64,000 bases of DNA from a virus. This document shows, piece by piece, positions 1 through 11,100 of the stretch. The DNA is taken from positions 1-64,000 of the IMG/VR virus record IMGVR_UViG_3300027782_000066. One strand, written 5' to 3'. Each line of letters opens with the position of its first letter. The stretch's first letter is position 1. The notes below the pieces were generated by a model that saw nothing but the letters and a program-made list of their open reading frames with translations, was not told where the DNA came from and did no database searches. A program made the position numbers and the translations under genes.

Positions 1-2
1 CT

Positions 3-1346
3 ATTTCTGGAAATACGAATGTAAATGGCGGCACAATTGATACTACAGCAGCAACAGGATATGTTTTTAATTATAATGCAACAACTATTAATGCCTTTGG
101 TGCTGCTACTAGTTTAAATATTGGTGCAACTACAGGAACTTGTACTATAAAAACTCCAACAGTAGTTGGTACTCAAACAACACAAAATCTTTATAACACA
201 GTAGCAACTACTGTAAATGCTTTTGGTGCAGCAACTGACATTACTATGGGTTCTGCTACTGTTAGTGGAACATTCAGAGTAAGAAATCTAGCATCTTATT
301 TTGATGGCACAGTTAATGTAAATGGTGGTGAACTTCTTTCTTCTACTAATAATTTTAATCTTTTAATTAATAATAGTGGAGTTAATATTGGTTCTGCTAT
401 TGGAACTGGGACTACAATAATTAATAATTCCTTTCAAGTAAAAGGTTCGGCAATTGATTTGACAAATCAAGGAGTTACAGTATCAGTTAAAGATAATTTA
501 AATCCAGCATTAAGTATCAAAGAAGGTGCTAATAGTTACTTGGATTTTCAGACTACTGATGGTCTTGAAAAAATTATTGTTTATAAGGCTGCAAGTTTTT
601 TAAATAATATAAGTGGTGCTACAGCATCATTTACTGGTGATATAACTGCTTCTGGAGTTACAGTCAACGGTAATCTAATTGTCAATGGAACAACTACCAC
701 AATTAATTCTACAATATTAAGTATTGATGATATTAATATTATTCTTGCCGATGGTGCTTCAACATCAGCAGCAGTAGATGGCGCTGGAATTACATTAGGA
801 ACTACTGGAATTGGATTCTCCTATTCAAATACTGGAACTCGTTGGTCATCAACTGAGAACTTAAATATTGCTAGTGCTAAAACATATCAGATTAATGGCA
901 CTACTGTTCTTTCTAGTACTCAAGTTTTAGGAAAAGGTTTTAGTACAACATCTGGTGATATTGTAACAATTGATGGATCTCAAACATTAACTAATAAAAC
1001 TTACGGTAATTCAAGTTCTACTACTGATGCAGATGCTACAGTAGATTCGGCAACCACTTCATATTATGCATATGTTCAAAGTTCTAGTGGTACTGCAAGA
1101 ACAATTAATATCAGCAATCTTACTGCTGGTAGAGTTATTCAACTTTACTTGAGAAATACTAATGCTGCTACAAAACTAATCAACATTACATCAAGTACAA
1201 CAACTACAGGATTTGCAGCAGTAAACTTATCTAAAGGGGATGCTGGTGGTGCTAGTGTAACTTCAGTGACATTGGCAGTAACCAATGGTACTGCAGTTGT
1301 TACCGTATTTAATGCAAATGGTGTGATTGGCGGCAGCATCTCATAA
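3..1346 (+). CDS. Tail fibre / virion appendage protein, 5'-truncated by window edge
   Basis: Frame is open from base 3 (ISGNTNVNGG...) into the listed ORF 246..1346; G/S/T/N-rich; repeated (I/V)NAFGAAT; 'GNLIVNGTTTTINST...IDDINIILA...DGAGI' segment typical of T4-like phage fibres. Confidence 0.7.
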   Translation: MSGNTNVNGGTIDTTAATGYVFNYNATTINAFGAATSLNIGATTGTCTIKTPTVVGTQTTQNLYNTVATTVNAFGAATDITMGSATVSGTFRVRNLASYFDGTVNVNGGELLSSTNNFNLLINNSGVNIGSAIGTGTTIINNSFQVKGSAIDLTNQGVTVSVKDNLNPALSIKEGANSYLDFQTTDGLEKIIVYKAASFLNNISGATASFTGDITASGVTVNGNLIVNGTTTTINSTILSIDDINIILADGASTSAAVDGAGITLGTTGIGFSYSNTGTRWSSTENLNIASAKTYQINGTTVLSSTQVLGKGFSTTSGDIVTIDGSQTLTNKTYGNSSSTTDADATVDSATTSYYAYVQSSSGTARTINISNLTAGRVIQLYLRNTNAATKLINITSSTTTTGFAAVNLSKGDAGGASVTSVTLAVTNGTAVVTVFNANGVIGGSIS

Positions 1347-1353
1347 TTCGTCC

Positions 1354-1382
1354 TTGACAACCCTTATAAATTATAGTATGAT
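1354..1382 (+). promoter_or_regulatory. Sigma70-type (early/middle) promoter TTGACA-N17-TATGAT
   Basis: TTGACA 1354-1359, 17-nt spacer, TATGAT 1377-1382, 23 nt upstream of the glycosyltransferase ATG. Confidence 0.75.
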
Positions 1383-1405
1383 GTGTATGAACCCTTATTG
1401 GTCTT

Positions 1406-2587
1406 ATGAGTAAAAAGAAAATATTATGGATTGGAGATTGCGTAATCCCAAGTGGATTTGGTAGGGTCTCCGAATCTATTCTTACAAGAATTGATAAAGA
1501 ATTTGATATTAATGTTATGGGTATCAATTATTTTGGTCAAAAGCATGATTTCCCATTTAATATCTTTTCAGCATCAACAAAAGGTGGTCAGCAGGTAGAT
1601 CCATATGGATTTAAATATATTGAAGAACTTTATAATGCAATAAAACCAGATATTATTGTTGCTTTCAATGATGTCTGGATTATTAAATATTACTGGGAAG
1701 TTTTAAAAAAATATAAAGAAGAAGATGGATTTAAGTTTGTTACTTATTTCCCTGTAGATGGGGGAGGATGGTTTCCTGAAGTAGTAAAATTTTTAAATGA
1801 TATTGATCTGTCAATTACATATACTGATTTTGCTGCTAATGTAATCAAAGAAGCTGGTTATACTGGCAGAATTGAAACTCTGGAACACGGTATTGATAGT
1901 GATATTTTCTTCAGGAAAAATAAGCAAGAATGTAGAGATATTATTGGTCAAATGAAGAAGGATGATTTTATTGTCTTTAATGGCAATAGAAATCAACCTC
2001 GTAAGAGAATTGATCTTACTATTATGGCATTTGCTAAATTTGCTGTAGGCAAACCAAACACAAAACTTTATCTCCATATGGGTATCAAAGATTGTGGTTG
2101 GGACATTGTTCCACTTTTTTCTGCAGAAATGGCAAAAAATGGACTTGATTCAGAAGGAAGATTATATCTTTCTGGAAGTGACCTTACCCCAGAAAAAAAT
2201 AAAATTACTCCAGAAGTTTTAAATATTATTTACAATTCTTGCGATGTAGGAATTAATACTTCTGAAGGTGAAGGTTGGGGACTTGTTCCCTTTGAAATGG
2301 CAGCAACTGGCACTCCCCAAGTTCTTCCTAATTATGCAGCAAGTGCTGAACTTTTTGAGAATTGTGGAGAGTTGGCTGATATCTGTTTTATGGGTAAAGA
2401 TATTAATTATGGTATTGATAGAGCATATGTTTCTGTTGATAGTATTGCGGAAAAATTAAATAAATTATATTCTGATAAAAAGTATTATACAAAACAAGCA
2501 AAAGCGTGTTCTGCTATGACACAAAGACCAGAATATCAATGGGATAACATTGCTAAAAAAATGACCACTTATTTACAATCTATTTGA
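1406..2587 (+). CDS. Glycosyltransferase, GT-B fold, family 4-like
   Basis: N-terminal 'ILWIGD...SGFGRV', 'HGID', 'NRNQPRKRID', and C-terminal 'SEGEGWGLVPFEMAATGTPQV' (E-x7-E signature). Confidence 0.88.
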   Translation: MSKKKILWIGDCVIPSGFGRVSESILTRIDKEFDINVMGINYFGQKHDFPFNIFSASTKGGQQVDPYGFKYIEELYNAIKPDIIVAFNDVWIIKYYWEVLKKYKEEDGFKFVTYFPVDGGGWFPEVVKFLNDIDLSITYTDFAANVIKEAGYTGRIETLEHGIDSDIFFRKNKQECRDIIGQMKKDDFIVFNGNRNQPRKRIDLTIMAFAKFAVGKPNTKLYLHMGIKDCGWDIVPLFSAEMAKNGLDSEGRLYLSGSDLTPEKNKITPEVLNIIYNSCDVGINTSEGEGWGLVPFEMAATGTPQVLPNYAASAELFENCGELADICFMGKDINYGIDRAYVSVDSIAEKLNKLYSDKKYYTKQAKACSAMTQRPEYQWDNIAKKMTTYLQSI

Positions 2588-2595
2588 GGAGAATT

Positions 2596-2787
2596 ATGAA
2601 CGCACAAGAACTTAAAGAAAATTTTACTAATCAATTTAATGCAGTGGTTGACGAAATCGGCAACCTTGAAAGTCAATTGGTAGCAAAAAAAGAAATGGCA
2701 CTTAAACTTAAAGGTGCTCTTGAAGCTCTGAATATTTTAGAACCGCCCGAAGTAGTGGCAGAACCAGAACAAGAAACTGAAGAATAA
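2596..2787 (+). CDS. Small acidic coiled-coil hypothetical protein
   Basis: GAGGAG Shine-Dalgarno then ATG at 2596 (in frame with ORF 2584..2787); heptad-like helix. Confidence 0.7.
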   Translation: MNAQELKENFTNQFNAVVDEIGNLESQLVAKKEMALKLKGALEALNILEPPEVVAEPEQETEE

Positions 2788-2794
2788 TAATCCG

Positions 2795-2828
2795 ACCTTC
2801 CTTATAAATAATAGGAAGGTTTTTTTTT
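2795..2828 (+). terminator. Intrinsic terminator with late promoter TATAAATA (2803-2810) in its loop
   Basis: accttcct-tataaataat-aggaaggt followed by a T run. Confidence 0.8.
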
Positions 2829-2832
2829 ATAA

Positions 2833-3165
2833 ATGTCTGCTATAACCATCAATATTGTCATTGAGAAAAATACAGATTTCTCTGCAAAGTTTACTATTAA
2901 AAATTTTGATGGTTCGTATCTGAATTTAACAGGGTATTCAGCAGAAGCAAAAATGAAAAAAAGTTATTATACCAGCAATTCTGTAGCATTAAATGTTGCA
3001 TTTGTTGATAGAGTTAAAGGTATAATTTCCTTATCAATGTCTGCAGCAACGACTGCGACATTAGATCCTAAACGTTATGTTTATGATATTGTGCTTACTT
3101 CACCATCTGCACTTAAGACAAGAGTAGTGGAAGGAATTGCTACTGTAACTCCAGGAGTAACATAG
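2833..3165 (+). CDS. Conserved small virion structural protein (baseplate-upper N-domain-like beta sandwich)
   Basis: 'INIVIEKNTDFS...LNLTGYSAEAKMKK...RYVYDIVLT...RVVEG.ATVTPGVT' pattern recurrent in T4-like cyanophage tail regions; late promoter upstream. Confidence 0.7.
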   Translation: MSAITINIVIEKNTDFSAKFTIKNFDGSYLNLTGYSAEAKMKKSYYTSNSVALNVAFVDRVKGIISLSMSAATTATLDPKRYVYDIVLTSPSALKTRVVEGIATVTPGVT

Positions 3166-3866
3166 TGTCTGATTATCAAGTAACGTTAAACCAACCATCT
3201 TATTTGGTAACTGGAGAAAATCCAGATCTTTATAGGATTGGTATTAATTATCAATCTCCGCCAAAGTCAATTCAATATCAAAATTTAATCATTAATAATT
3301 TGTCTGGACAATTTGATTGTATCAAAAAAACTTTTGATATTAGAGTTGGTGGAATTCTTTATAATCCACTCAATGATCAGCAACTTATTATATCTATAAA
3401 TAATATTATATTGCAACCTGGCGTAGGATATTCTGTATCAGGGAGTCAGATTACATTTGCTACTGCTCCTTGTAATGTTTCATTTTTTGGTATTGCTTTA
3501 GCAAATACTGCTGATTTGACTAGAACTATTAATTATGTTGTTGATTATGGTTCAAGTACAATTACTCTTGGCGACAAGGGTTGTCTTGCAATTGATGTGA
3601 CGGGTGTGATAGAATCTTGGGTATTGGTTGCCGATAAAATTGGCAGCTTAGTTCTGGATATTAAAAAATCATCATATACTGATTATCCTAACGTTACTAC
3701 AATATGCGGGGGTGTTAGACCCTCATTAGTGAATCAAAACAAAAACACCAGCGACAATTTAAGTGCTTGGAATAAAGTTCTTAACGCTGGAGACATCTTA
3801 AATTATAATGTTATTTCAGCGACTGGGATTAATAAATTCTCAATTGCACTGAAAATAAAATTATAA
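3165..3866 (+). CDS. Putative virion structural protein
   Basis: GTG start overlaps previous TAG; 'LIISINNIILQPGVGYSVSGSQITFATAP' fibre/baseplate-type repeat. Confidence 0.6.
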   Translation: MSDYQVTLNQPSYLVTGENPDLYRIGINYQSPPKSIQYQNLIINNLSGQFDCIKKTFDIRVGGILYNPLNDQQLIISINNIILQPGVGYSVSGSQITFATAPCNVSFFGIALANTADLTRTINYVVDYGSSTITLGDKGCLAIDVTGVIESWVLVADKIGSLVLDIKKSSYTDYPNVTTICGGVRPSLVNQNKNTSDNLSAWNKVLNAGDILNYNVISATGINKFSIALKIKL

Positions 3867-3869
3867 ATA
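3862..3869 (+). promoter_or_regulatory. T4-type late promoter TATAAATA
   Basis: Exact T4 gp55 consensus, upstream of AGGAGG SD and ATG 3916. Confidence 0.75.
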
Positions 3870-3915
3870 GATTTGAATTAATTACAAAATCAATTTCCTT
3901 AGGAGGAACTTTTAA

Positions 3916-5097
3916 ATGGCTCTTTTAGTCCCAAATATTGGTGAGGTAGATTCGCTTCGCACTCTTCTGAATGCGACTCATCAGATTCCAAGAAACTTGG
4001 TTCTGAAACTCTTCACTTCCAATACGACTCCTGCTGAAGGTGACGTTCCTTCTGCTACTGCGTATTTTGAACCATATAACTCTACCAATACTAATGGTTA
4101 TGGTTCTGCTCCATCAACTGGTTATCCAGCACTGGTAAATAACCGTTCCGATCAAGATTATGTTGCTAACTATGGCATTCTTTTGAATGGTAATCGTTGG
4201 GCAGTTACAACTGCTTCAGATCCTGTCGCTTCTTCTACTGGTTCAAGTGGTACTTCTGCTGCATTTCAGATTACAGTAACTGGTCTTACTGGTACAGTTA
4301 GCGTAGGTAATATTGTTTCGGGTACAGGTATTGCTTCTGGTGCTAAGGTTAGTAATGTAAGTGGTTCAGTGATTACTCTGAATACAGCTAACACGGGTAC
4401 TGTTTCTGGTCCTATTACCTTTGCTGGCGGTGTAACAACTGCTACTTATCCAGAGCAAGTTTTTACTTTTACTGCTGCTGCTGGTAACGTTTATGGTTAC
4501 TACCTTTCTAGAGCACAAAATCTTCCTGTTGCGATTCAAGGAGTAACAGATGCTGCTACTTCTACTGCTAATGGAACTGTTGCTAAAGGTGATAACTCAA
4601 ATCCTTGTATTGGTGTTGTTGGCAACAACTTCATCACTCTTCCTAACGTTGCTCAAGTAATGGACGATGTTACAGTAGGTCAAAGAGTAACAGGTAACAC
4701 TGCTGTTGCTTCTGGTACTACAATTACTGGTATTGATATTGCTCTGAGAAGAGTTTATCTGTCTTCTAACCTGACTGATAACATTCAGGTTGCTACTGAC
4801 TCAAGTGTTGATCTTAACTGGTCTGCAGTTTCTACTGGTGCTGTTGCACACAATCTTCAAGTTGGTGATGTAATTTATATCGCTGCTGGTTCTGGTGGTT
4901 CTACAGTAACTCCTGGTCACTATACAGTATTTACTAAGACATCAACAGGTTTCACAACAACTCCTGCTCTTGCAGGTGCTGGTAATGCAACTTTACTACC
5001 TAGTATTCTCTTCGCTGAAAGATTCACAAATGGTCCATACCCAATTCAAAACAATGGTGACCAAATCAAGATCACTCTAAATGTCAGCCTTGACTGA
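3916..5097 (+). CDS. Virion structural protein with inserted G/T-rich modules
   Basis: Late promoter, strong SD, flanked by terminator; modules 'VSVGNIVSGTGIASGAKV' and 'VTVGQRVTGNTAVASGTTI' resemble repeats in the 3400-aa protein. Confidence 0.65.
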   Translation: MALLVPNIGEVDSLRTLLNATHQIPRNLVLKLFTSNTTPAEGDVPSATAYFEPYNSTNTNGYGSAPSTGYPALVNNRSDQDYVANYGILLNGNRWAVTTASDPVASSTGSSGTSAAFQITVTGLTGTVSVGNIVSGTGIASGAKVSNVSGSVITLNTANTGTVSGPITFAGGVTTATYPEQVFTFTAAAGNVYGYYLSRAQNLPVAIQGVTDAATSTANGTVAKGDNSNPCIGVVGNNFITLPNVAQVMDDVTVGQRVTGNTAVASGTTITGIDIALRRVYLSSNLTDNIQVATDSSVDLNWSAVSTGAVAHNLQVGDVIYIAAGSGGSTVTPGHYTVFTKTSTGFTTTPALAGAGNATLLPSILFAERFTNGPYPIQNNGDQIKITLNVSLD

Positions 5098-5130
5098 TTT
5101 TTGATCTTATTACTTATATTATTCAGTTTG

Positions 5131-5157
5131 AGGGGATTACTACGGTAGTCCCCTTTT
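5131..5157 (+). terminator. Intrinsic terminator followed by TAAATA late-promoter core (5162-5167)
   Basis: aggggattac-tacg-gtagtcccct + T run. Confidence 0.8.
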
Positions 5158-5177
5158 AATTTAAATAGAGAGTATTA

Positions 5178-8100
5178 ATGGCAGTATTTTCCTACGATTC
5201 CAGAATTAATTCTGAAGTAGGCGAAGTTGTATTTTCGCCCGTAGGGAATTCTGTATTCAATTTAAGTTTTAGTTACAAAAGTAACCCACCACAAATTGTA
5301 CAAACTGTAGATTACTACACAATTAATGAATCTGCAAATGTAGTAATTGATCTTGGTTCATTAGAATTCACATATGAATATGCAAACTATGGATTTATTG
5401 ATATTTCATATACAGATAAAGTATTCAAAACAATAGGAAGTTCACAATCTTCTGCATCTTATAATAATAATGTTAAAGTAAATATTAATCTGTATAATTA
5501 TGAATCAAAAAATAATGTAATTTTTACTTGGGTAGGTAATGGCACCTTATTTGAAATAGGTGGTGATATTACTTTAATTGTTGCTCCTGGAATTACGGGA
5601 CCACCAAGACACACAAATGCTTATATTGGAAATGCAAATATTGACTTTAGTGGCGAAGCAGATACAGCAAAATATTACTATGGTGGTACATTACCACTAA
5701 TCACTGGTCCAGTTACATATAATTATAATTCTACTACTGTAAATGCACCTTATTCCACTGACTATGGACGTATTTACGCTACAACTACAAATGCGTTTGA
5801 TTACGGTGCGGTATCAGAAACAGCAGTAAATAGAATTGATTATGCTGATGATTTAGTACAATCATATAAGTATCCATTTGGTACTGTATTACTCTCTTCA
5901 TATACAGAATCTCATTTCGTACCATCCTATAATGGATCTGGTACTATTTCTATTTTTAAAAGTGGTATAGAATATAATTCATCTTCTCCAATTACTATAG
6001 GAGAGGGGACATTATTTGCCTTTGATAGTATTGGTACATATTCTCTGGTCATACCAGCTCCATCTGGGTTTGGACTATTTGGAATTTTTGGCAAATCAGA
6101 AAATTCTCATAATTACACTTATAAAGCATTTACACAAACTTCAGTACCAGATTATAAAAATTATGGTGATTTAAATTCATATTCAATATCTTCTGATTAT
6201 GGTTTCGTTGGAGATAAAGCATTAACTCCTGATCAAGATTATGGATTACTTGAATATCCACTTAGATTTGGTTCATATAAATTTAATTCTTCTACAGAAA
6301 CAACTACACCAAAAAATTATGTAGGTTCTGGATTATTCTCAACTATTTCTGGTTCTACTCAGTCAAAAACAAATACTATTGAAATTAAACCAGAAACCTC
6401 TCTGTTTGCAATCTATGGTGCCGCATACACCATTCAGCCAAGAACTAATCAAATATACACATATACTGTTTCAGACGTTCTGTACGCCCTAGGAAGTGCC
6501 AATGAGGCATTTGTATACAAGTATTATAAAACAAAACCATTTAGTATTAATTCTATTGATCTGGGGGTAATTAGTGAGTATGCATCCACTATTGATTACG
6601 GTCTAGTAATTAATGTATTTACGAGTGCATATGATTATGAATACCTTGTAGATAAGAGTGTTGGTGATGGTAAAAATCTCACAAATATTATTGGAAGTTC
6701 TGAACCTGTTATCAGAACCTTTGGGTATACTGGAATTGGTAAAATTAATACGTTTAAATCTGCATCTGTCACATTTACAGAACCAACTCCACAAACAATT
6801 CCTACTGAAGGATTTGGATTATTTACTGTCACTGGATCTTGTGGTGTCAGATTTAATACCACATATCCTTATACGGGATCTGGTTTTGCATATTCCAATT
6901 CTGAATCAATTAATTCTTTCTCAAGAAGATATATTTTTGTTACATCATCGGAAGATCTTTACACGACATTAAATCTCGGTAGTGTTAATGAATTTGGATC
7001 TACAATTGATTATGAAACAATTGATACAAGAGCAACTTCTGGAGTTAATTATGGATTAATTGTAGCAGAATCTGATCTTCCATATAAAGGTTTCAGAGTT
7101 ATTTCTGGATCTGCAGATTCTTATTATAATCATTTATACATTAATTCTGGTTCTGGAACTACAAGATTGTTTGGTGGATCTGCACAAACAGAATCTATTG
7201 TTGTAAAACAACCAGAAAGTACTGATCTCTTCACAATCAGTGGTTCCTGTTCGTCGAATACTACTCTGGTACTTACCAGTGCTGGTATTAATTATGTGTA
7301 TGGTGGATCTACGAACAAATATACACACAGATATTCTGGTTCTTCAATCAATACATTCTTCTCTGTTGATCTTGGAGATATTATAACTTCTGGTTCCTCA
7401 ACTAATTATGGATCTATTGGTGATGATAGTGATCAAGAAATTAATTATGATTATATTATTAATACCGATTATGTTTATCCATACGGTAAATTTATTTACT
7501 CTGGTGCCTGTAGTGAAGTTCGCGTCCTACCATCATATAATGGATCTGGTTCGAATAAAATTTCTGGAGCAGCAACAGTTACATTTACAGAACCAACTCT
7601 ACAAATTTATGTTGAAAGAGATTATGGGTTATATGCAATTAATGGTTCTGCAACAACTGCATATAAAACTTCTTACGCATATAATGGTTCTGGATCAATC
7701 TATAAAGATAGTGGATGTAAATTCTCTGTCATTTATAATTATACTCTTGCATCAACAATTGCATTCTCAACAGAGAATTATGGAGATATTGTTTCTTATG
7801 GATCTATATCAGATTATGGTTCAATTTCAGAATTCAATATTGCAGCAATTAATTATGGATATGTAATTCATACTGAACAAATTAGACCTTACGGTTCTAC
7901 AAGTATTTCTGGTTCTGGAGTTACAACAAAACAAAATATTTACAAGCAAGTTGGTTCTGGATCACTCTTTACATTTAAAGGATCTGCAGATTTTGCTTTA
8001 CCGCTTCTTACAACAGATACATCAACATCTCTCTTCGGGATTCAAGGTAATGCATCTGTACTGTTCAGAGGTTCTTATACTACTTCAGGAAACATTTATG

Positions 8101-11100
8101 TAGGAAATTATGAAATATCACAAACACCTACAAGTACTGAAACGTATAGTTATAATTCTTCTTCTGTATCAGTATTCTCAACATCTGATGCTGGGACAAT
8201 TATTACTAGTGGCGATACAGCAAATTATGGTTCTGTAATTATTGGTAGTGATGTTGGATTTGATTATGGTGTAATTATTAACACGAGAACCATTTATCCT
8301 TATGGTTTACTGAATGTAACAGGATCTTCCACAACTAAAAAATCACAAGTTGTTGTTGGATCTGGAATACTATCAACTATCGGAACTGCAACAGTTTCAT
8401 TTGTTGAACCAACACCACAAATTTATGTTTCTGTTGAATATGAATTTAATTCTATTTACGGCAAACCAGCAATTATTGCAACTGGTTCTGCGTCAACAAT
8501 CTTCTATAGAAGACCATCATATATTGGATCTGGATCTCTATTTACAATCAGCGGTTCCAATTCTTCTGTAAGTTTTAATTATGATTTTAATTCAGTTAAT
8601 TACTTTACCACATCTGATTATGGTGATGTAATTACTTCTGGTTCAACCACTAATTATGGATTTATTACTGCTGGTAGTGGTAGTAAAATTGATAGTGGTT
8701 ATATTATTAATACAACTACAGAATTCCCATACAGAGGTTGTGTATCTGTAAGCAGTTCTGCTTCTGTTCAATTCTGTAGAATACCTTCGTATATTGGTTC
8801 TGGTAATCTGTTTGCATTCAGTACGAAAGAGCAAAATAGAATTGATAGTGTTAGAACAGATACATCAACATCTCTGTTTAGTGTTTATGGTTCAGCATTA
8901 ACAAAACAAAGTCCTTCTTTTGTTGGTACTGGATCACTATTTGAAGTTGGGGTAGTTACTAACTCTACAGTATACAGTTATAATTCTTCTTCAATAACAA
9001 TATTCTCTACTGATAATTATGGTTTAGTCAGCAACATTGCTGATATAACTTCAAATTATGGAACAATTTTTGTTGGTAGTGACGTTGGAATTGATTACGG
9101 TTCTGTTATTGACACAAAAAATAATTATCCATATGGCACTCTTTCAGTCAATGGCTCTTACAACATTGCAAAGAGATCATTTAGTCATCAAACCACAGGA
9201 TCTATCAATATTTCTGGTGCTGCAACAACTGCTCAAGCACAACCAGTACCACAAATTTACATCTACAGAGATACCAATCTTTATACTGTAAGTGGCGTCT
9301 CTGCTACAGCATTTGTAAGAATTACTAAAGGTTCTGGAACACTCTTCGCAATTAGTAATTCTTCTGCAGCGATTGCATACAATTATAATACATCTTCAAT
9401 TAAAACATTTGATAGTTCTGATTACGGTGCAATTACTGTTTCTGGAACTACAGTTAATTATGGGAATATTGGAAATCTTGGCGATGGATTCTTTAACTAT
9501 GGTTCAATTGAAGACACAACCACTTATTATCCATTCGGTCTTCTCAAATTCTTTGGTTCTGCTGGAATTGCAAATCTTGCTGGCATTACATATTCTGGTT
9601 CTGGTTCAATCTCCACAATTCGTGGCGGCGCATCATCTGTAGCATTTGTCACAAAACAACCAGAAACTACTGATCTCTTCACAATTAGTGGTTCTATTAC
9701 TGAAAAATATACAAGCAAATACTTTGGTTCTGGATCTATTCTTACAGTTGGTGGTGAAGCAAACTCTGCTTCCTACAGTTATAATATATCGTCGGTAGGA
9801 ATATACACCATTAATGATCTTGGAACCATTACAACTTCTGGTTCTACAGTCAATTATGGTTCTATTACAATTGGCGCTGATATAGTTCTTAACTATGGTT
9901 CAGTTAAAGATATTCAAAACGTATATCCTTACGGATCATTTGTAATTACATCTGTTGCATCAAGTTCAAAAATTGCTGTATACATTGGTTCTGGTGCAAA
10001 AACTTTTATCAAGGGATCTGCAAGTTCTTCAGTATATACTGCCAAGCAACCAGAAACAACAGATCTTTATGCAATCACTGGAACTGCAACAGTTTTTGTA
10101 AGAAATGCATTTACAACAACTGGTTCACTCTTTACAGCGTCTGGTTCTGTAACCTCTGCAGCATACAATTACAATACTTCTTCATTAACAACCCTCTCTA
10201 CAAATGATTTTGGAACCATTACAACTTCTGGTTCTACAGTCAATTATGGTTCTATTGTTGTCGGAAGTGACATTGGAATTGATTATGGTTATGTAATTGA
10301 TAGAACTGACAATTACCCATTCGGTAATCTCAATCTTAACGGTACTCACAAAACTCTCAGAACATTTGGATTTGCTGGTTCTGGTTCTGCAAATATCAGT
10401 GGTGCTGCTGGAGTTATCTCCACACAACCATTTGTAAATATTTACGTTTACCCTGAATATTCTAAAGATATTGATTTAATTATTGAAGATGATTATATCG
10501 TAGAATATGATTATGAAATACTATATGGAAGTAGAAATACTAATCTTTACACTATAAGTGGTACTGCTACAACACCTTCTGCAACAGCAATATACAAATC
10601 TTCTGGTTCATTATTCTCTTTTGGTGGATCAGCATCTTCAATTACTTATGCTTATACACTGAATTCACTTGAATACTTCTCAACACTTGATCTTGGAACG
10701 GTTAACACAACTGGAACAAGTAGTGATTATGGTTCAATAACTGTAGGTCATAATGCAATACTTGATTATGGTTCAGTTTTTGTTACTCAAACCGATTTTC
10801 CATATAAAGGAAAAGTATTTGTTACTGGTGCTGCTACAACTCAAAAATATAATGTTTACACGCAGGTTGGATCTGGCACACTCAATGTTATCAGTGGATT
10901 TGCAAATTCAATCTACGAAGGTAAAAAGAAGCTTGAATCAACAGACCTCTTTAGTATCAGTGGAACTCCATATGTTACTCTCACCAATAAGTTCTTTGGT
11001 TCTGGTTCTCTCTTAACTGCAGAAGGATCTGCAACTACTGGAACATATAATTATAATTCTTCTTCAATTACATCATATTCAACCACTGATTTTGGAAGCA

